64,000 nucleotides of DNA from Candidatus Chisholmbacteria bacterium RIFCSPHIGHO2_01_FULL_52_32. GTDB taxonomy: Bacteria > Patescibacteriota > Microgenomatia > UBA1400 > Chisholmbacteraceae. Position numbers and translations under genes: made by a program. How positions within the stretch are numbered: position 1 is the stretch's first letter; each line of letters begins with the position of its first letter. The stretch lies in the NCBI GenBank assembly GCA_001816585.1, contig MHCJ01000003.1, positions 586,681 through 650,680 of the forward strand, given 5' to 3'. Below, piece by piece: positions 53,358-62,625 of the stretch. The notes beneath the pieces were generated by a model, which ran no database searches, was not told where the DNA came from, and saw nothing but the letters and a program-made list of their open reading frames with translations.

Positions 53358-53603
53358 TTACCTTTTGGACTGCGATTTCCGTAAGACTTTACCGAGGAAC
53401 GGAATGTGCTGTTTGGCAATCGCGAAAATGTAGATGATTTCAAGAATACCCAAGGTATTGATGATGAGCAGTGCGATGAACCACCACTTTTCTGACCGCC
53501 GGGCTGCAATCCAGAGGGCAAAGCCCTTCCACGGAATCACCCAGAGTTGGATGGCGGCAAGAAGCCATGGGTTTTGGGAAAAGAAGGCTTGCATTGGGTT
53601 CAT
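53358..53603 (-). CDS. DUF5652-like small membrane protein
   Basis: WKGFALW.AAR....WF..LL.INT.GILEI.Y. Confidence 0.75.
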   Translation of the reverse strand: MNPMQAFFSQNPWLLAAIQLWVIPWKGFALWIAARRSEKWWFIALLIINTLGILEIIYIFAIAKQHIPFLGKVLRKSQSKR

Positions 53604-53604
53604 C

Positions 53605-54528
53605 CTACTGCGGCTTTGAAGATTTTTTCATCCGTCGTTTCAAATACAGAACAATGCCGAGTACAGGAACCCAGACGACTGCATAGACGCCCGCCCAAAT
53701 TGCTGCAGTTGCAACTTTTCTCACGTTCCGAACGAGTGAGCGATATGCCAACTTTGCAATGACATTCGGCCGGAAGGTTTCACTGGGTGCATAGGGAAGC
53801 GCAATTTCGTCGGTTGAAAGATACATGGTCACGCGGGCGAGTTTTGCGGTTTGTTCCAGGTACAGCTGCCGCCCTTTCAGGCTGTCAATTTGGCTCTGCA
53901 AACTGATAATCTCCTGCTGGACACGAAGGATATCGTCGATTTTTACCGCTTGACTTAAGATCTCTTCGAAGCGGGTTTTTGTCTGTTCCAAGGTTTTAAG
54001 CCGTGAGTCGATGTCCTGATATTCATCGGTCACATCCTCGCCTTGGACATATTCGGAAGAAACCTTGATTGCCAAGGAGCGGAAGTACTCCATACTTTCG
54101 CGAAGTTTATCGCTTGGCACACGGAGGATGAGCGTTGCAAAGGGAGCCTCTTCGGGCTGGGTGATACTGGAACTGACCATGTATCCGCCTTGCTCTTTGA
54201 CGTAATTCAATGCAGCGTCGACCGATTTTCGCACATCATTCACCAAGATCGAAAGATTCGTTTCTTGGACAACCAGGCGATCAGCGGTATCCGTCGGCGT
54301 GAATTCCTGGACCGGCGGATACATACTCGGATTCCGGATTACCCTGGATGCGGCTGGTGCACCTTCAAGGGTAATGCCAGTACCTGTGTAGCCCATGTCC
54401 GGTGATACCGTTTTTTGCCTCAGTTGATAGGGGATAACCGGTGTACTGCGGAAAATGAGAAATGTGATGATGACCAAAAGAAAGGTTGTGAGTTTGTTCC
54501 GTTTGATCCATTCAATGGCGCGCCGCAT
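53605..54528 (-). CDS. DUF4349-like protein
   Basis: GGY, LRVP, EDVT.EY.D, QID.LKG, C-terminal TM. Confidence 0.8.
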   Translation of the reverse strand: MRRAIEWIKRNKLTTFLLVIITFLIFRSTPVIPYQLRQKTVSPDMGYTGTGITLEGAPAASRVIRNPSMYPPVQEFTPTDTADRLVVQETNLSILVNDVRKSVDAALNYVKEQGGYMVSSSITQPEEAPFATLILRVPSDKLRESMEYFRSLAIKVSSEYVQGEDVTDEYQDIDSRLKTLEQTKTRFEEILSQAVKIDDILRVQQEIISLQSQIDSLKGRQLYLEQTAKLARVTMYLSTDEIALPYAPSETFRPNVIAKLAYRSLVRNVRKVATAAIWAGVYAVVWVPVLGIVLYLKRRMKKSSKPQ

Positions 54529-54542
54529 ATTTTTTGCTTCCT

Positions 54543-55154
54543 TTATCTTCCGCGTTCGTATGTTCCCACAAGTTCTGCTTGTGCAAGGATATGCCCTTCC
54601 ATGACTTTTTCAAGTACCGGTTTTCGTTCCCCTTTTCTCAATTCCGTCAGGTTATCAAGGGCGTAGAGTTTAAAGACATAGCGATGTGCCCTGCCCGGAG
54701 GCGGACACGGCCCTCCCCACCCTTCGTAGCCGAAATCATTGGTCCCTTGGATTGCGCTTGGCGGCACGGATCCTTCAGGAATTTCATCGAATTGCGGGGA
54801 GATGTTCCAGACGAGCCAATGCACCCAGTTTCCTTCGGGCGCATCGGGATCTTCGACAATGAGGGTGAAACTTTCCGTTCCCTCCGGAATGCCTTCGATC
54901 TTCAGGGGAGGGCTTACGTTTTCCCCATCACAGGTATGACGTTTGGAAAGCGGTCCTCCTTCCGGTATCTCGAAGCTCTTGAGTACTAAAGATCCTATCT
55001 TTGCCTCCTCTCCTTCGCTTGGCCTGGCGGAATTATTTAGTCCCGGTTGAGGGGTGTATTTACAGCTTGCTACCAGCATAGCAAATATTGCAAGCAGAGG
55101 TAAGGGTCGAAGCCGCTCGGCAGGCGGTCGGAGTATCTTCCTGAGGAAGGACAT
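54543..55154 (-). CDS. YbhB/YbcL (PEBP) family protein, lipoprotein-like
   Basis: TCDG.N.SPPL, DPDAP, WVHW, GPCPP, HRY.F. Confidence 0.92.
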   Translation of the reverse strand: MSFLRKILRPPAERLRPLPLLAIFAMLVASCKYTPQPGLNNSARPSEGEEAKIGSLVLKSFEIPEGGPLSKRHTCDGENVSPPLKIEGIPEGTESFTLIVEDPDAPEGNWVHWLVWNISPQFDEIPEGSVPPSAIQGTNDFGYEGWGGPCPPPGRAHRYVFKLYALDNLTELRKGERKPVLEKVMEGHILAQAELVGTYERGR

Positions 55155-55175
55155 GCTTCTCTACTGGTATTTCTC

Positions 55176-55445
55176 TTAGTTCTTCTTTTGTCCCGTTTCC
55201 GAAGCTCCTTGTGTTACTGCCAAGAGTTTGGCAAGTTCGCGCGCGAATTTTTGCGCATGCTCCCGGCTCATGCCGATACGGGCAACGATCCTCACCCGAT
55301 TGGTCGGACCGAGCCTTTGCATGATATCAAGTACCAATCCGTCTGGGTTCACCGTCATCGAGATATTATCCGTGTAGAGGATCGGGGTGGTATCCAGATT
55401 GACGTTGACTGCCAATTGTTTTTCCGTTTTCTTTTGTTCTTCCAC
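55176..55445 (-). CDS. DUF3467-like protein
   Basis: YTDN, LDI.Q, VARIGMS.EHA. Confidence 0.65.
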   Translation of the reverse strand: MEEQKKTEKQLAVNVNLDTTPILYTDNISMTVNPDGLVLDIMQRLGPTNRVRIVARIGMSREHAQKFARELAKLLAVTQGASETGQKKN

Positions 55446-55502
55446 CGTGTCTCACATCCTCTCTCGGCAGGAAAATCTCTACTTGGATGACAGAGGAGCT
55501 AT

Positions 55503-56147
55503 TCAATAGTTTTTGAAGTACACAATCTTGGCCTCGTTTCGAAGGCCTTCCATCCAGGACTGAAATGCCTGAAGCAGTTTCTGATCGCGGAGTTGCCCTT
55601 CGATTTCTGCTTTTACTTCCTCGAAGGTTGCTCCTTTGTCGTAGCTATCCCGGTTCTGTTCAAAATACTCTTTCGTTTCCTGATCAGTGGCTTGGATCGA
55701 CTCCTTTAATAAGGTTTCAATCAGGATTTGTACCTCCGCTTGTCTCTTGAGGTCTGCTTTCGTCTGACCCCGGGATGCCAACAATTCATCAAGGTTGCCT
55801 CCCCGGCTTACCACCTCTGCTTCTAACGCCTTGATGCGGCCATCGATTTCATCGTTTGAAACGACGATCCCTTTCTTGGTTGCTTCTTGTTTGATCAGCG
55901 TTTGGGTAATGAGGGTTTCAAGGACTTCTTTCCCTGATTGTTTCTCCAGTTCTCGGATGAGAGAAAGGCGGGTGATGGGTTGTCCGTTGACAAGGGATAC
56001 GACAAAGAGATCTCTTCTTAAGAAACTTAGAACAAGAATGAGGAGAAGGAAGAGCGGAACAGCAAGGACCCGCTTATTGATTGTTTTTAAGCGTTTGTTT
56101 ACCGAGCGAAGGGACTTTTGGAACTTCTTCTTGAGCCCTTGTGACAT
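55503..56147 (-). CDS. SurA-N/PrsA-like foldase lacking PPIase domain
   Basis: TM, VNGQPI, LI..LIKQEA.KKGI.VS, LR.EAKI. Confidence 0.8.
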   Translation of the reverse strand: MSQGLKKKFQKSLRSVNKRLKTINKRVLAVPLFLLLILVLSFLRRDLFVVSLVNGQPITRLSLIRELEKQSGKEVLETLITQTLIKQEATKKGIVVSNDEIDGRIKALEAEVVSRGGNLDELLASRGQTKADLKRQAEVQILIETLLKESIQATDQETKEYFEQNRDSYDKGATFEEVKAEIEGQLRDQKLLQAFQSWMEGLRNEAKIVYFKNY

Positions 56148-56195
56148 TCCCGTATATTACCACATTTCCAGTCACATGGGTCACCATACCTATAA

Positions 56196-56372
56196 TCACA
56201 GTTTTTTCACGCCTTCGATCAATCGTTCAATCAGCGAACGGTTTTCCTCCGTTGCTTCCAGCCCGGTTGGTTGTTTTGGTTCCTGAGCATGCTGGCCTTC
56301 TTCAGCCTGACTCAGAGTTGTTGTCTCGGGGGGAACTCCGGCTGTTCTTTCTTGGACTGTCTCATCAGTCAT
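56196..56372 (-). CDS. 58-aa acidic small protein with C-terminal amphipathic helix (below ORF cutoff)
   Basis: AAGGAGG RBS; MTDETVQERTAGVPPE...RSLIERLIEGVKKL. Confidence 0.55.
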   Translation of the reverse strand: MTDETVQERTAGVPPETTTLSQAEEGQHAQEPKQPTGLEATEENRSLIERLIEGVKKL

Positions 56373-56398
56373 GTTTCCTCCTTCGATAGGTCTTCAGC

Positions 56399-57034
56399 TT
56401 ATAGAGCCGTCTCGTAATTTTTCCGTACCTCATTCCAATTGACTACATTCCACCAGGCCTTGATGTAGTCGGCGCGGCGGTTCTGGTATTTGAGGTAATA
56501 GGCATGCTCCCAAACATCAAGGGCAAGAATCGGTGTTTTTCCCTGCCTGCCGGCAGGCACGGCTTCCGAGAGTGGGGTGTCCTGATTTGCCGTGTCGACG
56601 ATTGAAAGTTTTCCTTTGTCGCTTACCAGCCATGCCCAACCGCTCCCGAAGTGACCCAACGCCGCCTGGGAGAACTTCTCCTGAAATACAGTAAAGTCTC
56701 CGAAGCTCCCTTTGATCGCTTCAAGCAGTTTTCCTGAAGGCTGTCCGCCTGCCGCGCCGGATGCCGGCCCCATGATGGTCCAGAAAAAGGAGTGGTTGGC
56801 GTGGCCTCCGCCGTTGTTTCTGACTTTGGTACGGACTTCCTCCGGAACTTTCGCCAGATTCCTTACCAGTTCCTCCACGTCCATCTTGAGGAATTCCTCA
56901 TGTCCGGCAAGGGCATCGTTTAGGTTTGCCACGTAGGCGGCGTGGTGTTTATCGTGATGGAGATGCATGGTCTCCGTATCGATGTACGGCTCGAGATCCG
57001 AATAATCGTAGGGTAAATCCGGTAGGGTAAACAT
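56399..57034 (-). CDS. sod: Fe/Mn superoxide dismutase with 7-aa palindromic insertion
   Basis: [26 protein letters not shown]. Confidence 0.95.
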   Translation of the reverse strand: MFTLPDLPYDYSDLEPYIDTETMHLHHDKHHAAYVANLNDALAGHEEFLKMDVEELVRNLAKVPEEVRTKVRNNGGGHANHSFFWTIMGPASGAAGGQPSGKLLEAIKGSFGDFTVFQEKFSQAALGHFGSGWAWLVSDKGKLSIVDTANQDTPLSEAVPAGRQGKTPILALDVWEHAYYLKYQNRRADYIKAWWNVVNWNEVRKNYETAL

Positions 57035-57163
57035 CGTGTCTCCTTTTTTCTGATTATATTAATAACGTACAATCCAACTAACCGCTATTGTAGCGTAGCG
57101 TTCCTGACCGCACAATACTGTAATACCGCTCACAAACCTTTCCGCTTCATCTATAATCACCTC

Positions 57164-57595
57164 ATGGGTGTGGCTCTGCTTCTTGGCCAAATTCTGTTCT
57201 TTCTTCTTCTGTTTCTCTTTTGCAATCTGTTTGTGGTCTTTACCTCTCCCTTCCTGGTATTTCTCTTTCTCTCCGGGGTGGCGGTTGGCGGGCTTGCCCT
57301 CCTTACCATGGACCGCCGCTCCTATTCCCCCCTTCCCTATCCGCGCAGACACAATGTCCTGGTTCAAAAAGGTATTTATCGGGTGCTGCGGCATCCCCTC
57401 TATACCGGTCTGCTGCTTGTGGGACTTTCGTTTCTTTTATCCCGTTTTGTCATTATTCCGGTGATTGTCTATGCCGCCTTTGCGGCGGTCACCACCATCA
57501 AGGCAAATATGGAAGAGAAACTGTTGATGAAGATGCATCCGGAGTACTCCACCTATCGAAAACGGACGAAGAAGTTCATCCCGTTTGTCTATTGA
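57164..57595 (+). CDS. Isoprenylcysteine carboxylmethyltransferase/PEMT family membrane protein
   Basis: LV..GIY..LRHPLY, EE..L, Y..Y...T.KFIP. Confidence 0.85.
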   Translation: MGVALLLGQILFFLLLFLFCNLFVVFTSPFLVFLFLSGVAVGGLALLTMDRRSYSPLPYPRRHNVLVQKGIYRVLRHPLYTGLLLVGLSFLLSRFVIIPVIVYAAFAAVTTIKANMEEKLLMKMHPEYSTYRKRTKKFIPFVY

Positions 57596-57601
57596 GATGT
57601 A

Positions 57602-57994
57602 TCAGGAAATGATAAAGGAAACGCTGATCTCCCGCTCACGGGGCCCATCGAGCTCTACGAGGATGATCCGCTGCCATGTTCCCAACTTCAGCTTTCCGTC
57701 TTCCACCGGAATTGTGAGAGAGGCACCAATCAGCGACGAGAGGATGTGGCTCGGGACGTGGGCCGGATTATGGGGGTGGCGGTAGTTGAGTTTTGGGATG
57801 ATTTTTTCGAAGGCGTCCAGCATGTCCAGATCCGTTCCGGGGTCAAGGTCGGCGGTGGTGAGGGCGGCCGTAGTGTGGGCGAGGAACAGGACGACAATGC
57901 CATTTTTCCAGGCCTTATGGGTCAGGATGCGGTTTATTTCCCCGGTGATGTCGAGTATTTGTTTTGCTTTCGAGGTTGTGACCGTTCGGACCAT
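57602..57994 (-). CDS. YjbQ (UPF0047) family protein
   Basis: HTTAAL, SHI.SSLIG, LGTWQ.I.LVELDGPR.R. Confidence 0.9.
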   Translation of the reverse strand: MVRTVTTSKAKQILDITGEINRILTHKAWKNGIVVLFLAHTTAALTTADLDPGTDLDMLDAFEKIIPKLNYRHPHNPAHVPSHILSSLIGASLTIPVEDGKLKLGTWQRIILVELDGPREREISVSFIIS

Positions 57995-57998
57995 TTCT

Positions 57999-58442
57999 TT
58001 ACAGCATGTTTGTGTTGAGATCGCGGAGGATATCCCGGGCGTGAACCTTGGGATCAACCTTCGGATAGATTTTGGCGATATTTCCTTTCGGATCAATCAG
58101 AAAAGTGGTCCGTTTGGCGAGGATTATCCCATCCGTTCCATAAGCCTTAATGATTTTTTTCTCGGGATCCGCAAGGAGCGGAAACGGGAGGTTAAATTTG
58201 GAAGCAAAGTTCGCGTGACTGTTTTGGCTTTGGCCGCTTACCCCAACTATCTCCACTCTTTTTTGAAGCTCACGGTAGTGGTCGCGAAACTCGCAGGCCT
58301 CCTTTATGCATCCGGGTGTGTTGTCCTTCGGATAGAAGTAGAGGAGGAGCCACTTGCCTTTATACTCGGAGAGCGTATGAATTTTTCCGTTCTGGTCATG
58401 GGCAGAAAAGTTCGGAGCCCTACCGAGCGGCTTTTGTTTCAT
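57999..58442 (-). CDS. bcp: Bcp-type peroxiredoxin
   Basis: YFYPKDNTPGCIKEAC, RTTFLID. Confidence 0.92.
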   Translation of the reverse strand: MKQKPLGRAPNFSAHDQNGKIHTLSEYKGKWLLLYFYPKDNTPGCIKEACEFRDHYRELQKRVEIVGVSGQSQNSHANFASKFNLPFPLLADPEKKIIKAYGTDGIILAKRTTFLIDPKGNIAKIYPKVDPKVHARDILRDLNTNML

Positions 58443-59625
58443 CCCGATCATCTACTATAGCATAGACATTGGTCTTTAAGAATCGAGCAAACATCGCCAC
58501 AATCACTCCAGTAAGAAGGCTTGCAAAGACAAACGGGCTGTCTTTCCCTTTCACCTCAAACAGCTCGCCGCCGAGAGGGGGGCCGATTACCCTCCCAAAA
58601 CTACCTGCGGACTGGAGGAAACCCAACGTGCCTCCGTACTCCTCTTTTTTAACGCTCTCCGATGCCACTGCCAAAAGCGACGGATTGGAAACGCCGTTCC
58701 CGAAGGCAATCCAGAGAAGGCTAAGGTAGAGAAAAACCGGTGTTCGGGAGAACGGTATGCTCGCAAGACCGATTCCCAGCGACGCGGTTCCCAGACTTAA
58801 CAATTTTCCTTCTCCCATTCTTTTCACCAGGCGGGGGAGAACCAGCATTTGGGTGATCACGGCGATGATGCCGACATAGGCAAATAGCCACCCGTTCTCC
58901 GTCGGTCCGTAGGAGAACTTGGCTTGTGTCCAGAGGGCGAAATTACCGGTCATCGACGAGAAGGCGAGGTTTAAGATAAAAAACGCGATTGTCAGCATCC
59001 CGATCGGCTGGGACTTAAAGACCGCAGATAGCCTGGAAAAAGAAAATGTTGTTTTGGGAGAATGCTTGGCTTTGGTAATATCCACCGTTTCTTTCAAGAG
59101 AAACCAGGTGGCAAGGACGCTGGCGAACGCTATCCCCGCTGCAAAATAGGCGGGTGCGGCAAAGCCGAACTTTGCCAGGATCCCCCCAACCACCGGGCCT
59201 AAGATAAAACCAAGCCCGAAGGCCGCTCCCAACATGCCCATCCCCTTGGCACGATCCTTCTTTTCCGTCACATCGGCGATATATGCTTGGGCGATTGAAA
59301 TATTTCCCCCCGTTATTCCATCGATTATTCTTGAGAGAAACAGGATCGGCAGGCTTCCCGCAACGCCAAGGAGTACAAAGCCAGCCACCGTGCCCAATTG
59401 AGAGATGATCAAAAGCTTCTTTCGGCCATACCGATCGGAGAGGCGGCCGAGAATGGGGGCACCAATGAGTTGGAAAAGCGAGTAACTTGCGGTTAACAGT
59501 CCGATTTCGAAGGGACTGGCACTGTACTGTTCGGCAATGAAGGGGAGGAGCGGGAGGATGATCCCGAATCCGAACAGGTCGATAAAAACGATCAGGAAGA
59601 TGGTTAACAGGGGCTTTTGGGACAT
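58420..59625 (-). CDS. MFS transporter, TetA/DHA1-like
   Basis: GRLSDRYGRK, AQAYIAD, GFILGP. Confidence 0.92.
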   Translation of the reverse strand: MSQKPLLTIFLIVFIDLFGFGIILPLLPFIAEQYSASPFEIGLLTASYSLFQLIGAPILGRLSDRYGRKKLLIISQLGTVAGFVLLGVAGSLPILFLSRIIDGITGGNISIAQAYIADVTEKKDRAKGMGMLGAAFGLGFILGPVVGGILAKFGFAAPAYFAAGIAFASVLATWFLLKETVDITKAKHSPKTTFSFSRLSAVFKSQPIGMLTIAFFILNLAFSSMTGNFALWTQAKFSYGPTENGWLFAYVGIIAVITQMLVLPRLVKRMGEGKLLSLGTASLGIGLASIPFSRTPVFLYLSLLWIAFGNGVSNPSLLAVASESVKKEEYGGTLGFLQSAGSFGRVIGPPLGGELFEVKGKDSPFVFASLLTGVIVAMFARFLKTNVYAIVDDRDETKAAR

Positions 59626-59702
59626 GAAGGCTTGATTATATATCCGTGACGGGCTTTGTGTCGAGGTGAAGAACCGAAATTGTATGCGGGGTCTGCGGTG
59701 CG

Positions 59703-60326
59703 TCAGTTTTTATGAAATGGGCGCTGGGCTGCGACGGTCGTTTCTGGACCGTGGCCGCATAAGAGCACCGTTTCGGAGGGAAGGCGGAGGATCTTCGTGA
59801 TGGATTTTTGCAAGGCTCCGAGGCTTGAGTAGGAAAAATCGGTTCGACCGACTCCTCCATCGGAAAAGAGGAGATCTCCGACAAAGGCCAGCTTTTCTTT
59901 TTTGCTGTAGAGCGTGATGCTGCCCGGGGTATGGCCGGGAGTTTCGATAACCAATAAGTTGGCTTCTCCTACCGGTATTTTTTGTCCGGCTTTCAGGCTG
60001 CGAGTGATGTTGGGAGGAGGACCACTGGTTATCCCGATAAAATGACGGGCGGTTTCCCGCATGCGTCTCACGAGAAATATATCCTTCGGGTGAATCCAGA
60101 GTGGCAGACGGTAATTCAGCTGAAGCTCCGTGGCTGCAAGGATGTGATCGAAGTGACCGTGCGTCGCAATGATTCCTCCGGGTTTGACTCCTTCATCGAG
60201 AATGATCCTCTGGATGTAGTCCGCATCGTCGCCCGGGTCGATGATAAGACATTGTTTTGAGATTCGATCAATGGCAAGGTAACAATTCGTTTGCAGCTGT
60301 CCGACAACCAGGTTTTTTATGTCCAT
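59703..60326 (-). CDS. MBL-fold metallohydrolase (glyoxalase II/YcbL-like)
   Basis: THGHFDH, PGHTPG, GD.LF..G.GRTD, GHG. Confidence 0.92.
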   Translation of the reverse strand: MDIKNLVVGQLQTNCYLAIDRISKQCLIIDPGDDADYIQRIILDEGVKPGGIIATHGHFDHILAATELQLNYRLPLWIHPKDIFLVRRMRETARHFIGITSGPPPNITRSLKAGQKIPVGEANLLVIETPGHTPGSITLYSKKEKLAFVGDLLFSDGGVGRTDFSYSSLGALQKSITKILRLPSETVLLCGHGPETTVAAQRPFHKN

Positions 60327-60369
60327 CTTTTTTAGAGTAAGATATGTTGCTATTCTTATTGTATATCGT

Positions 60370-60765
60370 ATGGGCGAAGGCGACGAGGAAATACCCCAAA
60401 AGTCCACCGAACAGCTTCTCCGCGAAGAGGTGCTGAACAACCTCGATAGCGCAATTAACAATTTTCTGGAAAATAAATCCGGCGAGGGGAAGCTCGTTTC
60501 TCAAGCGGCAGCGGTATGGGAAAAAGCCATGCAAAACCAAGAACTCTCAAAAGCAATTGAGGAGGCTCTGCGTCAGAGGCGAAAGGCATTAACTCAAGGG
60601 TTTGGTGCCCTGAACATTGCCAAACACGGCGATCCTGTTCGAAATAGGTACGATCCGAATACCTGGATGGATACCGTCCCGCCCGAGTTTGAAGGAAGGG
60701 AAGCAGATTATTTTCTCGATCGAGTGCATTCCCTCCGAGCTTTCCTCTCGGGGCTATCTCTCTGA
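60370..60765 (+). CDS. Hypothetical helical protein
   Basis: 131-aa ORF with plausible composition. Confidence 0.55.
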   Translation: MGEGDEEIPQKSTEQLLREEVLNNLDSAINNFLENKSGEGKLVSQAAAVWEKAMQNQELSKAIEEALRQRRKALTQGFGALNIAKHGDPVRNRYDPNTWMDTVPPEFEGREADYFLDRVHSLRAFLSGLSL

Positions 60766-60828
60766 TCTCTCCAAGCTCTCAGAGAGAAGTAATACCATAA
60801 TAAAGAACTACAGAGAAAAGAGGCAAAG

Positions 60829-61653
60829 ATGAATGTTGTTGTTGATATGGGAGGGACAACGACCCGGGTTGCCGTGTCGGAAGACGGAAAGCAATTGCAG
60901 GCGAAAGACCGATTCCCGACCCCGCAGTCTTTTGATGAAGGTATTTCGCAGATTGTAGAGACAAGTAAAACGCTTTCCGGGAATTCCCCCATTACCTCCG
61001 TCGTTGTCGGAATACCGGGTACGATCAATCGGACCACGGGCCAGGTCATTCGGGTTGCCCATATACCTTCCTGGGACGGGCGGTTTCCGATGCAGGCGTT
61101 TCAGAAGGCCTTCACAGTCCCGGTGACACTCGCAAACGATGCCGAGCTGGGAGCCATCGGCGAGGCGACGTTCGGAAGCGGCAGGGGGTATCGGATTGTC
61201 GGATATCTGGCAGTCGGAACCGGCATCGGAGGAGCGCTCGTTTTAGATCGACAACTGGTTCCCAACGCCTTTCATACTGAGCCGGGACATATGCTGATGA
61301 GCCCTGATAAAACCGGTCAAGGCGAAACTTTGGCTGTAAAAGCTTGGGAAGAGGTTGCGGCAGGGCCATGGTTTGAGGAGCGTTTCGGTATGAAGCCACA
61401 AGAGTGTAAGGATCCAGAAATATGGTCTCTGTTCGCACAAAACGTCGGTGTGGGGATGATTAATGTCCTTCTTCTTTGGTCACCGGAAGTGCTTATCATC
61501 GGCGGGGGACTTTCGCTTAATGGAGAAATCTTTTTGGCTCCGCTTCGCACGTTTGTGAAAGACAATCTTCGCATGTTTCCTGCCCCGCCGATCGTGGCTG
61601 CGGCTTTGGGAGACGATGCGGGATTGTACGGGGGATTAACCCTTCTCGAGTAA
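60829..61653 (+). CDS. ROK family sugar kinase
   Basis: DMGGT, NDA, GTGIGG, EPGH, GGG, AGLYG. Confidence 0.9.
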   Translation: MNVVVDMGGTTTRVAVSEDGKQLQAKDRFPTPQSFDEGISQIVETSKTLSGNSPITSVVVGIPGTINRTTGQVIRVAHIPSWDGRFPMQAFQKAFTVPVTLANDAELGAIGEATFGSGRGYRIVGYLAVGTGIGGALVLDRQLVPNAFHTEPGHMLMSPDKTGQGETLAVKAWEEVAAGPWFEERFGMKPQECKDPEIWSLFAQNVGVGMINVLLLWSPEVLIIGGGLSLNGEIFLAPLRTFVKDNLRMFPAPPIVAAALGDDAGLYGGLTLLE

Positions 61654-61670
61654 TTGCATTCCAGATTTGC

Positions 61671-61698
61671 TATTTCAATGAATCGATTCATTGAAATA
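61671..61698. repeat. Perfect 28-bp palindrome between convergent genes
   Basis: TATTTCAATGAATC|GATTCATTGAAATA. Confidence 0.85.
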
Positions 61699-61774
61699 AT
61701 TCGGAGAATGATCTTCTATGGGGATTGCCAACGCGAACATTGAGAGAAATTGAGTAAATTTGGGAATCATTTCC

Positions 61775-62569
61775 CTATGCGTTGCCGAAAATCCTGGCGG
61801 TCTGTTCTTCTCTTAAGTACATTCGTTCATCCCCTTGTAGTGGTCTACCACCTGAAGAAATGAGTTTATGTGCTTGTCTTGTTACATCGTGCTCCAAAAG
61901 CGCAAGGCCAATGTGGCGAGCTATTTCATCTGTGGTCTGGAAACCTGCGAGCACGTTGTATCCGTCTTTCTGAAGAGCTTTTGTCATGTGGAGCGCGTGT
62001 TCCCATGCCTCTCTTTCCCACTGTGTTTTCAATTGATGGCGTGTGTCTATCGTTTTTTTCCGCATCACTGCTTCTCTGCTCAGTTTTCCTGACAACACTT
62101 GAGCAGCCAGATCAGGGTTACCCATCATGAACAGAGTTTCGTAGGCATAATCCAATGCCGTATCGATTACGGACGAGTGGAATGTATATTTTGTTCCCTC
62201 TTGATGGGTATGGGCTATTTCGTGTAGGAGATTAAGAATTGCTCCACGGTACGGAAGCTCACGAGGGGGATAGAACACCTTTTGGGCGCCGGCATCGCAG
62301 AGGAAAACAGATCCTTCTGCGAACCCGTATCTGTCCGCTAACAATCTATTCAAGGACGTCCAGGCTCTGTCAGTTATGCTGAGCAGCGCAATAGACGTTC
62401 CATTTGCTGTTTGACCGCATTCAATAAAAAAATTTCGATCTCTGGGAATTATTTCAGTGAATTCTCTTTTTCTCTCCTGAAGATCACCCCAAAGGCCAAG
62501 TACCTCCGCTTTTGAGAGTGGTGGAATACCATCGCCTACCGTATAGACATGGTTCTCCTTTGATGGCAT
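61775..62569 (-). CDS. Hypothetical zincin-like metalloprotein
   Basis: LLHEIAH and downstream EREAW. Confidence 0.6.
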   Translation of the reverse strand: MPSKENHVYTVGDGIPPLSKAEVLGLWGDLQERKREFTEIIPRDRNFFIECGQTANGTSIALLSITDRAWTSLNRLLADRYGFAEGSVFLCDAGAQKVFYPPRELPYRGAILNLLHEIAHTHQEGTKYTFHSSVIDTALDYAYETLFMMGNPDLAAQVLSGKLSREAVMRKKTIDTRHQLKTQWEREAWEHALHMTKALQKDGYNVLAGFQTTDEIARHIGLALLEHDVTRQAHKLISSGGRPLQGDERMYLREEQTARIFGNA

Positions 62570-62625
62570 AGTCCGGGTATTCTACAAGAAAATGGGAGAA
62601 TATTCAATTACTATAGGGTTGAAGT

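Noticed and set aside
56320-56340. Apparent frameshift at a G run in the small ORF after sod
   Set aside because: Recount gives six G, so the ORF is in frame.
61671-61698. dif site
   Set aside because: Length fits, but there is no XerC/XerD arm similarity or 6-bp asymmetric spacer.
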